Below the pieces are notes generated by a model, which did not search any database, was not told the DNA's origin, and saw nothing but the letters and a program-made list of their open reading frames with translations. Made by a program: the position numbers and the translations under genes. Below are positions 8,799-15,502 of a stretch of 26,565 bases of DNA, piece by piece. Numbering within the stretch: the stretch's first letter is position 1; every line of letters starts with the position of its first letter. Origin of the DNA: Candidatus Coatesbacteria bacterium (GTDB taxonomy: Bacteria > Oederibacteriota > CAKKQC01); NCBI GenBank assembly GCA_023265785.1, contig JAHFSL010000001.1:1-26565 (forward strand). Direction: 5' to 3'.

Positions 8799-9545
8799 AT
8801 GCAGGGTGGGCGGGGGCGGGGTCCGGGGCGGGCGGTCGTCATGGCGCTTTTCCTGTGGGGATGCGGCGGCGGACCGGAGGTGCGCGTGACCGCTGACCCG
8901 CTGGAGTGGGTTCCCGGGCGCATCGCCATCCTGCCTGCGGTCACCGCGGCCGGGGCCATTCCGCCCGCCACCGGCCTGCCGGTGGGCCTCGCTCCGTCCG
9001 ATCCCGCCGCGGCGGCCGCCGCCGTCCTGGCCGCCGTGCGCGGTGCGCTGGCGGGGTGCGCGACCCTCGTGGCCATCGAGGCGGCTCCCGCCTTCAGCTC
9101 CACGGCGGCGGGCGAGGCGGCCGTGCGGCTGGCGACCCAGTACCTGGACCAGCGTGACGTGGATCCCCGGGCGGCGCTGGGCGTGGCCGCGGCCCTTCCC
9201 GGGACCGATGCCCTGCTCCTGACGGCCGTCGTCCGGTACGGGCCGGAGGCCGATGTGGACGTGGCCCGGCAGGCGCAGGCGGTCAACACGAAGGTCGGGA
9301 CGACCGACCTGGGGATCAGTTCGGCCGCCACCCATGTCAGCGTCTGGTTCAACGCCCAGTTCCGCTGTGCGCTGGTCCGGTGCCGTGACGGCGTGGTGGT
9401 CTGGGATGTGGGGGAGCGCCAGCGGGTCAAGCGCTCGATCCTGCGCGACGTGACCCAGGAGCAGGTGCTTGCGATGGCCGCCGCCGAACTCTGCGGCGTC
9501 TTTCCGTGGGCGCAGGAGGGGGCCGGGGGCGCATCCGCCCCCTGA
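8799..9545 (+). CDS. Lipoprotein, possibly DUF799/GNA1162-like (CsgG/LpoB-like fold)
   Basis: Lipobox AVVMALFLWG-C; RIAILPAV, DALLLTAVVRYG, ALVRCRDGVVVW follow the pattern of this lipoprotein class. Alternative start 8841. Confidence 0.55.
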   Translation: MQGGRGRGPGRAVVMALFLWGCGGGPEVRVTADPLEWVPGRIAILPAVTAAGAIPPATGLPVGLAPSDPAAAAAAVLAAVRGALAGCATLVAIEAAPAFSSTAAGEAAVRLATQYLDQRDVDPRAALGVAAALPGTDALLLTAVVRYGPEADVDVARQAQAVNTKVGTTDLGISSAATHVSVWFNAQFRCALVRCRDGVVVWDVGERQRVKRSILRDVTQEQVLAMAAAELCGVFPWAQEGAGGASAP

Positions 9546-9550
9546 CGGGG

Positions 9551-10159
9551 TCAGTCCTTCGACGCGCCCGCCGGAATCTGCAGGGCCTTGAGCAGCTCCC
9601 GCATCTCGAAGGGCTTGGGCAGGAAGGCATTCGCGCCCGCCGCTTTCATCTCCCGGATATCCTCGGGGCCGGCCTTGCCGGAGATGGCCACGATGCGCAC
9701 CGACCGGCCGACCGGCGACTGGCGGATGCGGCGGACGAGCGCGGGGCCGGGAACATCCTCGAGCATGACATCCAGAACGATGACATCGGGCTTGAATTCC
9801 GCGAGCGCCAATCCGGCATCCAGCCCCGTGGAGGCCGTCTGGACCAGCAGCCGGTTGCCCTCCGACAGCGCATCCCTCATGACATCGAGCAGTTTGGCGT
9901 CGTCCTCGACCAGCAGGATGCGGGCCCGATCGCCCGTGGAGGAGGCGGAGGGCAGGAGGCCGTGTTCGGCCATGAACCGCCGGAGGCTGTCCGCCTCGAT
10001 CCGGCGCTTGCCGCCCGGCAGCCGGGCGCCCACGAGGAGGCCCTCGTCGAACCAGCGCTGGATCGAGAAGGTGGAGACCCCGCAGATCTTGGCGGCTTCC
10101 AGGGTGGACACATACTGGGCGATGCGTTCCTTGACCGGGGTGGGGGCGACCTTCCTCAT
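9551..10159 (-). CDS. Response regulator with N-terminal excisionase-type (HTH_17/MerR-like) DNA-binding domain and C-terminal receiver
   Basis: YVSTLEAAKICGVSTFSIQRWFDEGLLVGARLPGGKRRI HTH; RILLVEDD, VIVLDVML (phospho-Asp), VAISG, FLPKPF. Start ATG 10159. Confidence 0.88.
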   Translation of the reverse strand: MRKVAPTPVKERIAQYVSTLEAAKICGVSTFSIQRWFDEGLLVGARLPGGKRRIEADSLRRFMAEHGLLPSASSTGDRARILLVEDDAKLLDVMRDALSEGNRLLVQTASTGLDAGLALAEFKPDVIVLDVMLEDVPGPALVRRIRQSPVGRSVRIVAISGKAGPEDIREMKAAGANAFLPKPFEMRELLKALQIPAGASKD

Positions 10160-10167
10160 CGGGAAGG

Positions 10168-10176
10168 ATAATAACA
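10168..10176 (-). promoter_or_regulatory. Putative extended -10 promoter (TGnTATTAT) 8 nt upstream of ATG 10159
   Basis: The minus strand reads TGTTATTAT-ccttcccg-ATG, with no SD. Confidence 0.55.
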
Positions 10177-10264
10177 AGCGGCGTGGCCCGGGGGCAAGCC
10201 GCATCGCGGCTGGTGGATCGCCCTCCCGGTCAGGGCGGGGTTGGACCCAAAGGATTGGGGGAAA

Positions 10265-11092
10265 TCAGCGGCCGGCGCGGTGAAGGATGGCAACCAGGCG
10301 CTCAAGTTCTTCGGCCGAATAATACGCGATCACGATCCGCCCCCGCTTGCCGGAGCGGACAACGCGGACCTTGGTTCCCAGGGCCCGCGAGAGTTCGGCG
10401 TCTTCGGAGGCCGCGTTGCGCGCGCGGGGGGGGGGCGACGGCCGGGTTCCACGCCGGGCCAGGGCCTCCGTCTGGCGCACGGACAGCCCGAGGTTCATGG
10501 CCTGGCGGGCCAGGGCGAGCTGGCCCGCGGGCGCCTCCACCTGCAGGATGGCGCGGGCATGCCCCGCCGAGAGGCGACCGTCCGCCACCGCCTCCTGGAC
10601 ATCCCGCGGGAGCTTGAGCAGGCGGAGGGTATTGGCGATCGTCGTCCGGTCCTTGCCGATGCGCTTGGCGAGCTCCTCCTGTCCCGAGTCCCTGAGCAGG
10701 GCCTCGTAGCTGGCCGCCGCCTCCATCGGGTTGAGGTCCTCGCGTTGGATGTTCTCGATCAGCATGAGTTCCAGCGCCTCCCGGTCGGTGGCTTCGCGGA
10801 CCACGGCGGGAACCGTCCGCAGGCCGGCCAACCGCGCGGCCCGCCAGCGCCGCTCGCCGGCGATCAGCTCCCATCCCTCGCCGTGCCGCCGGACCAGGAT
10901 GGGCTGGGCCACGCCCTTGTCCCGGATGGTCGCCGCCAGTTCCTCCAGGGCCCGGGCCTCGAACCGTTTCCGCTTCTGCTGGCGGTTGGGGACGATGGCG
11001 CTGACGGGAAGTTCCTGGACCTGGATGCCCCGCGGCCCCCCCGAGGAGAGCAGGGAGGCCAGGCCGCGGCCGAGGGGCTGGCGCGGAGGCAT
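10265..11092 (-). CDS. parB: ParB/Spo0J chromosome partitioning protein
   Basis: LGRGLASLL N-terminal ParA-binding peptide, QPILVR, ELIAGERRWRAA CTP motif, LIENIQREDLNPMEAA, HTH RIGKDRTTIANTLRLL, LSAGHARAIL, LSVRQTE. Confidence 0.96.
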   Translation of the reverse strand: MPPRQPLGRGLASLLSSGGPRGIQVQELPVSAIVPNRQQKRKRFEARALEELAATIRDKGVAQPILVRRHGEGWELIAGERRWRAARLAGLRTVPAVVREATDREALELMLIENIQREDLNPMEAAASYEALLRDSGQEELAKRIGKDRTTIANTLRLLKLPRDVQEAVADGRLSAGHARAILQVEAPAGQLALARQAMNLGLSVRQTEALARRGTRPSPPPRARNAASEDAELSRALGTKVRVVRSGKRGRIVIAYYSAEELERLVAILHRAGR

Positions 11093-11910
11093 CAGGCGCT
11101 CCGCGCCCCGGCGGCCAACGGGGCGGCCGCGGGTTCCGGAGCGTGACGTTTCAGGAATTCCCGCGCAAAGGCCAGGTACGAGGCGGCGCCCGGCGAACTG
11201 GCGTCATACAGGATGACCGGCTTGCCGTGGGAGGGGGCCTCCGACAGGCGGACGTTCCGCGGAATCACCGTCCGGTATACCCGGTCACGGAAATGGCCAC
11301 GCACCTGACGGATGACCTCCTGAGCCAGACGGGTCCGCCCGTCGTACATCGTGAGGACGGCGCCATCCACCTCCAGCGCGGGATTGAGGTCGGCGCGAAC
11401 CAGGTCAATGGTCTCCAACAGCTGGCCGAGTCCTTCCAGCGCAAAGTACTCGCACTGAACCGGGACAAGCACGGCATCGGCGGCAGCCAGGGCATTGGCG
11501 GTCAGGACGCCGAGCGAGGGCGGGCAGTCCAGGAAGATCCAGTCATATCCGTGGCGCAGGGGTTCCAGCCCGGCCCGCAGGCGATAGGCCCGGTCGTCGG
11601 CGGCGAGGAGTTCCATCTCGATGCCGTTCAGGTTCGGGCTGGAGGGCACGACCTTGAGGCCCGCGAGGGCGGTGGGCCGGACGGCATCCACCAGCGGTGC
11701 CTCGCCCAGCAGGACCTCGTACAGACTGGTTGGAACACCCACGCCGGCGGCCCGGCCGCCGGACAGGCTGCTGGTCGCGTTGCCCTGCGGATCGCAATCG
11801 ACGAGGAGGACGGACCGCTCCAGGGCCGCGATGCAGGCGGCCAGGTTGACCGCGGTCGTCGTCTTGCCCACGCCGCCTTTCTGGTTGGCGATCGCGATGA
11901 CTCGGCTCAT
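11092..11910 (-). CDS. parA: ParA/Soj ATPase
   Basis: MSRVIAIANQKGGVGKTTTAVN deviant Walker A, VDCDPQGNAT, IFLDCPPSLG, PVQCEYFALEGL, LTMYDGRT, IPRNVRLSEAPSHGKP. TGATG overlap with parB. Confidence 0.96.
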   Translation of the reverse strand: MSRVIAIANQKGGVGKTTTAVNLAACIAALERSVLLVDCDPQGNATSSLSGGRAAGVGVPTSLYEVLLGEAPLVDAVRPTALAGLKVVPSSPNLNGIEMELLAADDRAYRLRAGLEPLRHGYDWIFLDCPPSLGVLTANALAAADAVLVPVQCEYFALEGLGQLLETIDLVRADLNPALEVDGAVLTMYDGRTRLAQEVIRQVRGHFRDRVYRTVIPRNVRLSEAPSHGKPVILYDASSPGAASYLAFAREFLKRHAPEPAAAPLAAGARSA

Positions 11911-12755
11911 GGCATGAACGTGCGGGGGTCCACCGGGACCCCGTACAGCCGGACCTCGTAGTGGCAGTGGGGACCGGTGGCGTTCCCGGTGGATCCCAGG
12001 TACCCGATCACCTCGCCACGCCGCACCCGCTGGCCGGGGATGGCGCGCAGGCGCGAGCAGTGGCCATAGCGGGTGGCATACCCGTACCCGTGCACGATTT
12101 CGACCATCTTCCCGTATCCTCCCGAGGTCCAGCCCGCCTGGGTGACGAGTCCGTCCGCGGCGGCCGTGATGGGCGACCCGAGCTTGTTGGCGATATCCAC
12201 GCCCTGGTGCAGGGCGCCGATTTCGCCCGTGTAGGGGGACACCCGTTCCCCGAACTCCGAGGTAATCCACCCGCGGACCGGCCAGCCCGCGGGCGTGGCG
12301 GCGGCCAGGGAGGACAGCGATTCCCAGTCGCGGAAGATTTCCCCGCCGGCCCGCTCGAGCCGGGCGACCCGTCCGGGGATCTCGGCGGGCAGGAAATCCA
12401 CCCGGGGTCCGCCGGTGCCGCCGCTCCGCTCGGCCAGCCGGCGGGTCCCGGTGAGGGCGCGCTGGAGGTCCTGTTCCAGGGGTCCCAGCCGCCGTGTCAG
12501 GGCCTCGGCGCGGGCCACGTCCCCGGCGTAGCGGTCCAGCCGGGCCGCCATGTGCGCATTCAGCAGGCTCATGGCCTCGTACTGGATGTGCCGGGTGACC
12601 AGCCAGCCGGCCGCCCCGAGGAGGGCCGCCGCCAGCCCGAGGACCCCGGCGACCGCCAGGACGGGCAAACGGAGACGGAACGCGCGCGCGCTGTCGGCGG
12701 GCAGAACCATCAGGGTCACGGGGCGGAGCAGCAAGGACCGGAGCGTCGTGCGCAT
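11907..12755 (-). CDS. Membrane-anchored M23 family metallopeptidase (N-terminal TM, coiled coil)
   Basis: TM segment LPVLAVAGVLGLAAALLGAAGWLV; PAGWPVRGWITSEFGER, HQGVDIA (HxxxD), TRYGH, STGNATGPHCHYEV (HxH). ATGA overlap with parA. Alternative start 12773. Confidence 0.9.
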   Translation of the reverse strand: MRTTLRSLLLRPVTLMVLPADSARAFRLRLPVLAVAGVLGLAAALLGAAGWLVTRHIQYEAMSLLNAHMAARLDRYAGDVARAEALTRRLGPLEQDLQRALTGTRRLAERSGGTGGPRVDFLPAEIPGRVARLERAGGEIFRDWESLSSLAAATPAGWPVRGWITSEFGERVSPYTGEIGALHQGVDIANKLGSPITAAADGLVTQAGWTSGGYGKMVEIVHGYGYATRYGHCSRLRAIPGQRVRRGEVIGYLGSTGNATGPHCHYEVRLYGVPVDPRTFMP

Positions 12756-12771
12756 CGCTCTAGGGTGCGTC

Positions 12772-12780
12772 ATTCTAGCA
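12772..12780 (-). promoter_or_regulatory. Putative extended -10 promoter (TGnTAGAAT) for M23-parA-parB
   Basis: The minus strand reads TGCTAGAAT, 16 nt upstream of ATG 12755. Confidence 0.55.
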
Positions 12781-12841
12781 TGGCGGCCGCGGCCGTCCCG
12801 CCGCGGCCGGGCCGGGCCGGACGGTCGGGTCCCGTCCCCGA

Positions 12842-12847
12842 TACAAT
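12842..12847 (+). promoter_or_regulatory. Putative -10 element (TACAAT) 7 nt upstream of mqnD ATG; leaderless mRNA likely
   Basis: TACAAT-cggctgg-ATG(12855), with no SD. Confidence 0.6.
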
Positions 12848-12854
12848 CGGCTGG

Positions 12855-13703
12855 ATGACCGCCGACCGCGTCCTGCGCGTGGGCCACTCTCCCGACCCGG
12901 ATGATGCGTTCATGTTCTATGCGCTGATCCGGGGAAAGGTCACCCTTCCCGGGTTCGGGTTCCGGGATGTCGTCGAGCCCATCGAGGAGCTGAACCGCCG
13001 CGCTCTGGGCGGCGAGCTGGAGGTGACGGCCCTCTCTGCCCATGCCTTCGCCCGGTGCGCGGACCGGTACCGGATCCTCTCCGCGGGGGCCTCGGTGGGA
13101 CGCGGGTACGGGCCACTGCTGGTCGCCCGGGCGGCACGGTCGCTGGCCTCGCTGGCCGGCCGTCCGGTGGCCCTGCCCGGGGAGCTCACCACCGCGGCAC
13201 TGGTGGCGCGGCTGGTCCTGCCAGATGCCGCGTTCGTCCAGGTCCGGTTTGACGAGATTCCCGCGGCGGTCCTCGCGGGCCGGGTGGAGGCCGGGGTGAT
13301 CATCCATGAGGGCCAGCTCACCTGGCAATCGCTGGGACTGGCCCGCCTGCTGGACTTCGGCGAGTGGTGGGCCGGTCAGACCGGGGGCCTGCCGCTTCCG
13401 CTCGGATTGGACGCCGTGCGCGCCGACCTGGGCGAGGAGGCGGCCCGGGCCATGGACCGGGCCCTCAAGGCGTCCATCGCCTACGCCTTCGACCATCCCG
13501 CGGACGCCATGGCCTACGCGCGGGGGTTCGGGCGGGGCATTGACGAGGCGACCAACGATGCCTTTGTCCGGATGTATGTGAACCAGGACACCCGCGCCCT
13601 GCCGCCCGATTGTCTGCAGGCCCTCGACGAGCTGTACCGCCGGGCCGCGGCCGCGGGCCTGCTGGCGGCGGTGCCGGCCGTGCGCGTGGTGGACGGGGGC
13701 TGA
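12855..13703 (+). CDS. mqnD: 1,4-dihydroxy-6-naphthoate synthase (futalosine menaquinone pathway; MqnA/MqnD/SBP family)
   Basis: RVGHSPDPDDAFMFYAL, IEELNRRA, SAGASVGRGYGP, PGELTTA, GVIIHEGQLT, LPLPLG, FVRMYVN are MqnD signatures. Confidence 0.92.
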   Translation: MTADRVLRVGHSPDPDDAFMFYALIRGKVTLPGFGFRDVVEPIEELNRRALGGELEVTALSAHAFARCADRYRILSAGASVGRGYGPLLVARAARSLASLAGRPVALPGELTTAALVARLVLPDAAFVQVRFDEIPAAVLAGRVEAGVIIHEGQLTWQSLGLARLLDFGEWWAGQTGGLPLPLGLDAVRADLGEEAARAMDRALKASIAYAFDHPADAMAYARGFGRGIDEATNDAFVRMYVNQDTRALPPDCLQALDELYRRAAAAGLLAAVPAVRVVDGG

Positions 13704-15052
13704 TGCCGGGTCGGGAGGTCGTCCTGCTCGTGGATGACGACCCGCAGGTGCGTGAGCTCCTCGGCGCGGTGCTGGCCGCCGACGGGCGCACCATCCTGGC
13801 CGCGGCGACGGGTGCGGAAGGGCGGGCGCACTTCCGGCGTGAGGACCTCGCGGTCCTCCTGCTGGACGTCGGCCTGCCGGACGGCTCCGGGCTCGATCTG
13901 CTCGAGGAGGCCCTTGCGGCGGACCGGTCCCGGGTGGTCATCATGCTGACGGGCCAGGCCGAGCAGGAAACCGTCAGCCGGGCGATGAGCCTGGGCGCCA
14001 TGGACTACCTCACCAAGCCCTTTGCCCCGGCCGCCATCCGGGTCATGGTGGACAAGGCGTTGGCGCTCGCCCGGCGCAACCGGGGGAGCCCGCCGGGGGC
14101 GGGCGACCGCGGGGAACCGGGGGCGGTGGAACGCTATCTGGTGGGACGATCGCCCGCGATGCTCGAATTGTACAAGTTGATCGGGCGGCTGGCGTCGAGC
14201 GACCTGCCCGTCCTGATTCGGGGCGAGTCCGGTACGGGCAAGGAATTGGTGGCGCGGGCCCTGCACCATCATGGACGCACGCCTGCGGGGCCCTTCGTCG
14301 CGGTGGATTGCGGGAGCCTGCCCGCGGGCCTGCTCGAATCCGAGTTGTTCGGCCACGAGCGCGGCGCGTTTACGGGGGCCGAGGCGGCCCGGGCGGGCCG
14401 GTTCGAGATGGCGGACGGCGGCACGATCTTCCTCGATGAGATCGCCAACCTGACGCCCGACCTGCAGGCAAAACTGCTGCGGGCGCTCCAGGAGCGGACC
14501 ATCCAGCGGCTCGGGGCCGTGCGGCCCGTGGCCTGGCGCGCGCGCGTGGTGGCGGCCACCAACGCCGGGATCCGGGAGCGGGTGGCGCAGGGCCAGTTCC
14601 GCGAGGACCTCCTGTACCGGCTGGCCGGCGTGGAACTTCGGGTTCCCCCCCTCCGGGAGCGGCGTGAGGATATCCCCGCCCTGGTGGACCATTTCCTCGC
14701 CCGCTGGGCGGCGCAGAAGGGCCCCCTGGCCTTCTCCCCCGCCGCCCTGGCCGCCCTGTCCGCGTGGTCCTGGCCAGGGAATGTGCGGGAGCTCGAGCAT
14801 GCCGTGAATCGGGCGGGCGCCCTGGCCCGCGGCCCGGTCATCGAGGCCGAGGAGGTGGTGGCTGACCTGCGCCCGGGTCCGGCGGGGGCCCCCGTGGCGC
14901 CCCTGCCCGGCCCCGAGGCGGTCCGACCGCTCGACGAGGTCAAACAACGGTATGCCCGGCAGGCCCTCGCGGCGTGCCATGGGAACCGGGCCGAAACCGC
15001 CCGGCGGCTGGGCATCGACCGCAAGACGCTCCTGCACCTGCTCGGCGAGTAG
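13703..15052 (+). CDS. NtrC-family sigma54-dependent response regulator (REC-AAA+-HTH)
   Basis: TGATG overlap. LLVDDD, LLLDVGLPD, YLTKPF; GESGTGKE, ESELFGHERGAFTGA (intact GAFTGA), GTIFLDEI, RVVAATN, FREDLLYRL, WPGNVREL; Fis-type HTH GNRAETARRLGIDRKTL. Confidence 0.96.
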   Translation: MPGREVVLLVDDDPQVRELLGAVLAADGRTILAAATGAEGRAHFRREDLAVLLLDVGLPDGSGLDLLEEALAADRSRVVIMLTGQAEQETVSRAMSLGAMDYLTKPFAPAAIRVMVDKALALARRNRGSPPGAGDRGEPGAVERYLVGRSPAMLELYKLIGRLASSDLPVLIRGESGTGKELVARALHHHGRTPAGPFVAVDCGSLPAGLLESELFGHERGAFTGAEAARAGRFEMADGGTIFLDEIANLTPDLQAKLLRALQERTIQRLGAVRPVAWRARVVAATNAGIRERVAQGQFREDLLYRLAGVELRVPPLRERREDIPALVDHFLARWAAQKGPLAFSPAALAALSAWSWPGNVRELEHAVNRAGALARGPVIEAEEVVADLRPGPAGAPVAPLPGPEAVRPLDEVKQRYARQALAACHGNRAETARRLGIDRKTLLHLLGE

Positions 15053-15054
15053 GC

Positions 15055-15094
15055 CCGGGAGAAATTCCTTTCCCCCCGGGAATAATTCCCGGGG
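15055..15094. promoter_or_regulatory. Two candidate enhancer (UAS) sites for a sigma54 activator, 21 bp apart
   Basis: CCGGGA-gaa-ATTCC (15055-15068) and CCGGGA-ata-ATTCC (15076-15089). The second lies in a perfect inverted repeat CCCCGGGAAT-A-ATTCCCGGGG (15074-15094). Centres are at about -107 and -86 from the predicted sigma54 start. Confidence 0.65.
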
Positions 15095-15142
15095 CGGCCC
15101 GCGGGTCGGGCCCCTGCGTGGAGGCCTGCGGTCCCCGGAGGA

Positions 15143-15160
15143 TTGGCACGGCCGTTGCAT
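15143..15160 (+). promoter_or_regulatory. sigma54 (RpoN) -24/-12 promoter
   Basis: TTGGCACG-GCCG-TTGCAT matches the TGGCACG-N4-TTGCW consensus exactly, with GG-N10-GC spacing. It lies directly downstream of a GAFTGA-containing activator gene. Predicted +1 is about 15170. Confidence 0.88.
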
Positions 15161-15172
15161 TGGGAAGGTGGC

Positions 15173-15502
15173 ATGGAACACCTGAACGCCCACCCCTCCT
15201 CCCGTGCGGCGATTGCCGGCCCGGGTTGTACCTTTGAATGGAACGCCCGTCTGGACGGTCCCCAGCGCCGGCTCGCCGTCCGGTTCGCGCTGAACATGTC
15301 CGCCCGCGTCCGGTTGACGCTCACCTCGGCGCTGTCCGATGACGGCAAGGTGCTGTTCGACGCTCCCCGGTCGGCCGGGAGCTTTGCCGAGACCTGGGAG
15401 ATGGTGAACTCCCGGGGGCAGAAGCTGGCCCCGGGCATGTACCTGGTGGCGCTTGCGCTCGACGGGGAAGCCGTCAGCGAGGCGCTGGTCATCCGGTCAT
15501 GA
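15173..15502 (+). CDS. Stand-alone FlgD-like Ig domain (T9SS-type sorting-domain-like) protein
   Basis: AVRFALNMSARVRLTL...GKVL...AGSFAETWEMVNSRGQKLAPGMYLVAL follows the FlgD_ig pattern (I.F.L...V.L.I...G..V...G.....WDG.N..G..V..G.Y). The ORF-track start 15143 falls inside the sigma54 promoter, so ATG 15173 is preferred. Confidence 0.65.
   Translation: MEHLNAHPSSRAAIAGPGCTFEWNARLDGPQRRLAVRFALNMSARVRLTLTSALSDDGKVLFDAPRSAGSFAETWEMVNSRGQKLAPGMYLVALALDGEAVSEALVIRS

Noticed and set aside
9551-10159. Excisionase-like HTH as a prophage marker
   Set aside because: It is fused to a receiver domain, and no integrase or phage gene is in the window.
11136-11160. GTGACGTTTCAG near the parA/parB junction as a parS site
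   Set aside because: It is not palindromic and is a poor match to TGTTTCACGTGAAACA.
10265-11910. parAB as evidence of a plasmid or integrated element
   Set aside because: They are Soj/Spo0J-type chromosomal sequences flanked by housekeeping genes (mqnD, panCD), with no rep, integrase or att-like repeats.
12781-12840. GCCGG tandem units in the divergent promoter region as a repeat element or CRISPR remnant
   Set aside because: Only about three short GC-only units with no spacers; expected by chance at this composition.
15074-15094. Perfect inverted repeat as a rho-independent terminator for the activator gene
   Set aside because: There is no U-tract on either strand, the loop would be minimal, and a degenerate copy lies 21 bp upstream. 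A DNA-binding site fits better.
15173-15502. True flagellar hook-capping flgD gene
   Set aside because: It lacks the N-terminal FlgD hook-binding region and no flagellar genes are nearby. Only the Ig-like domain pattern is present.
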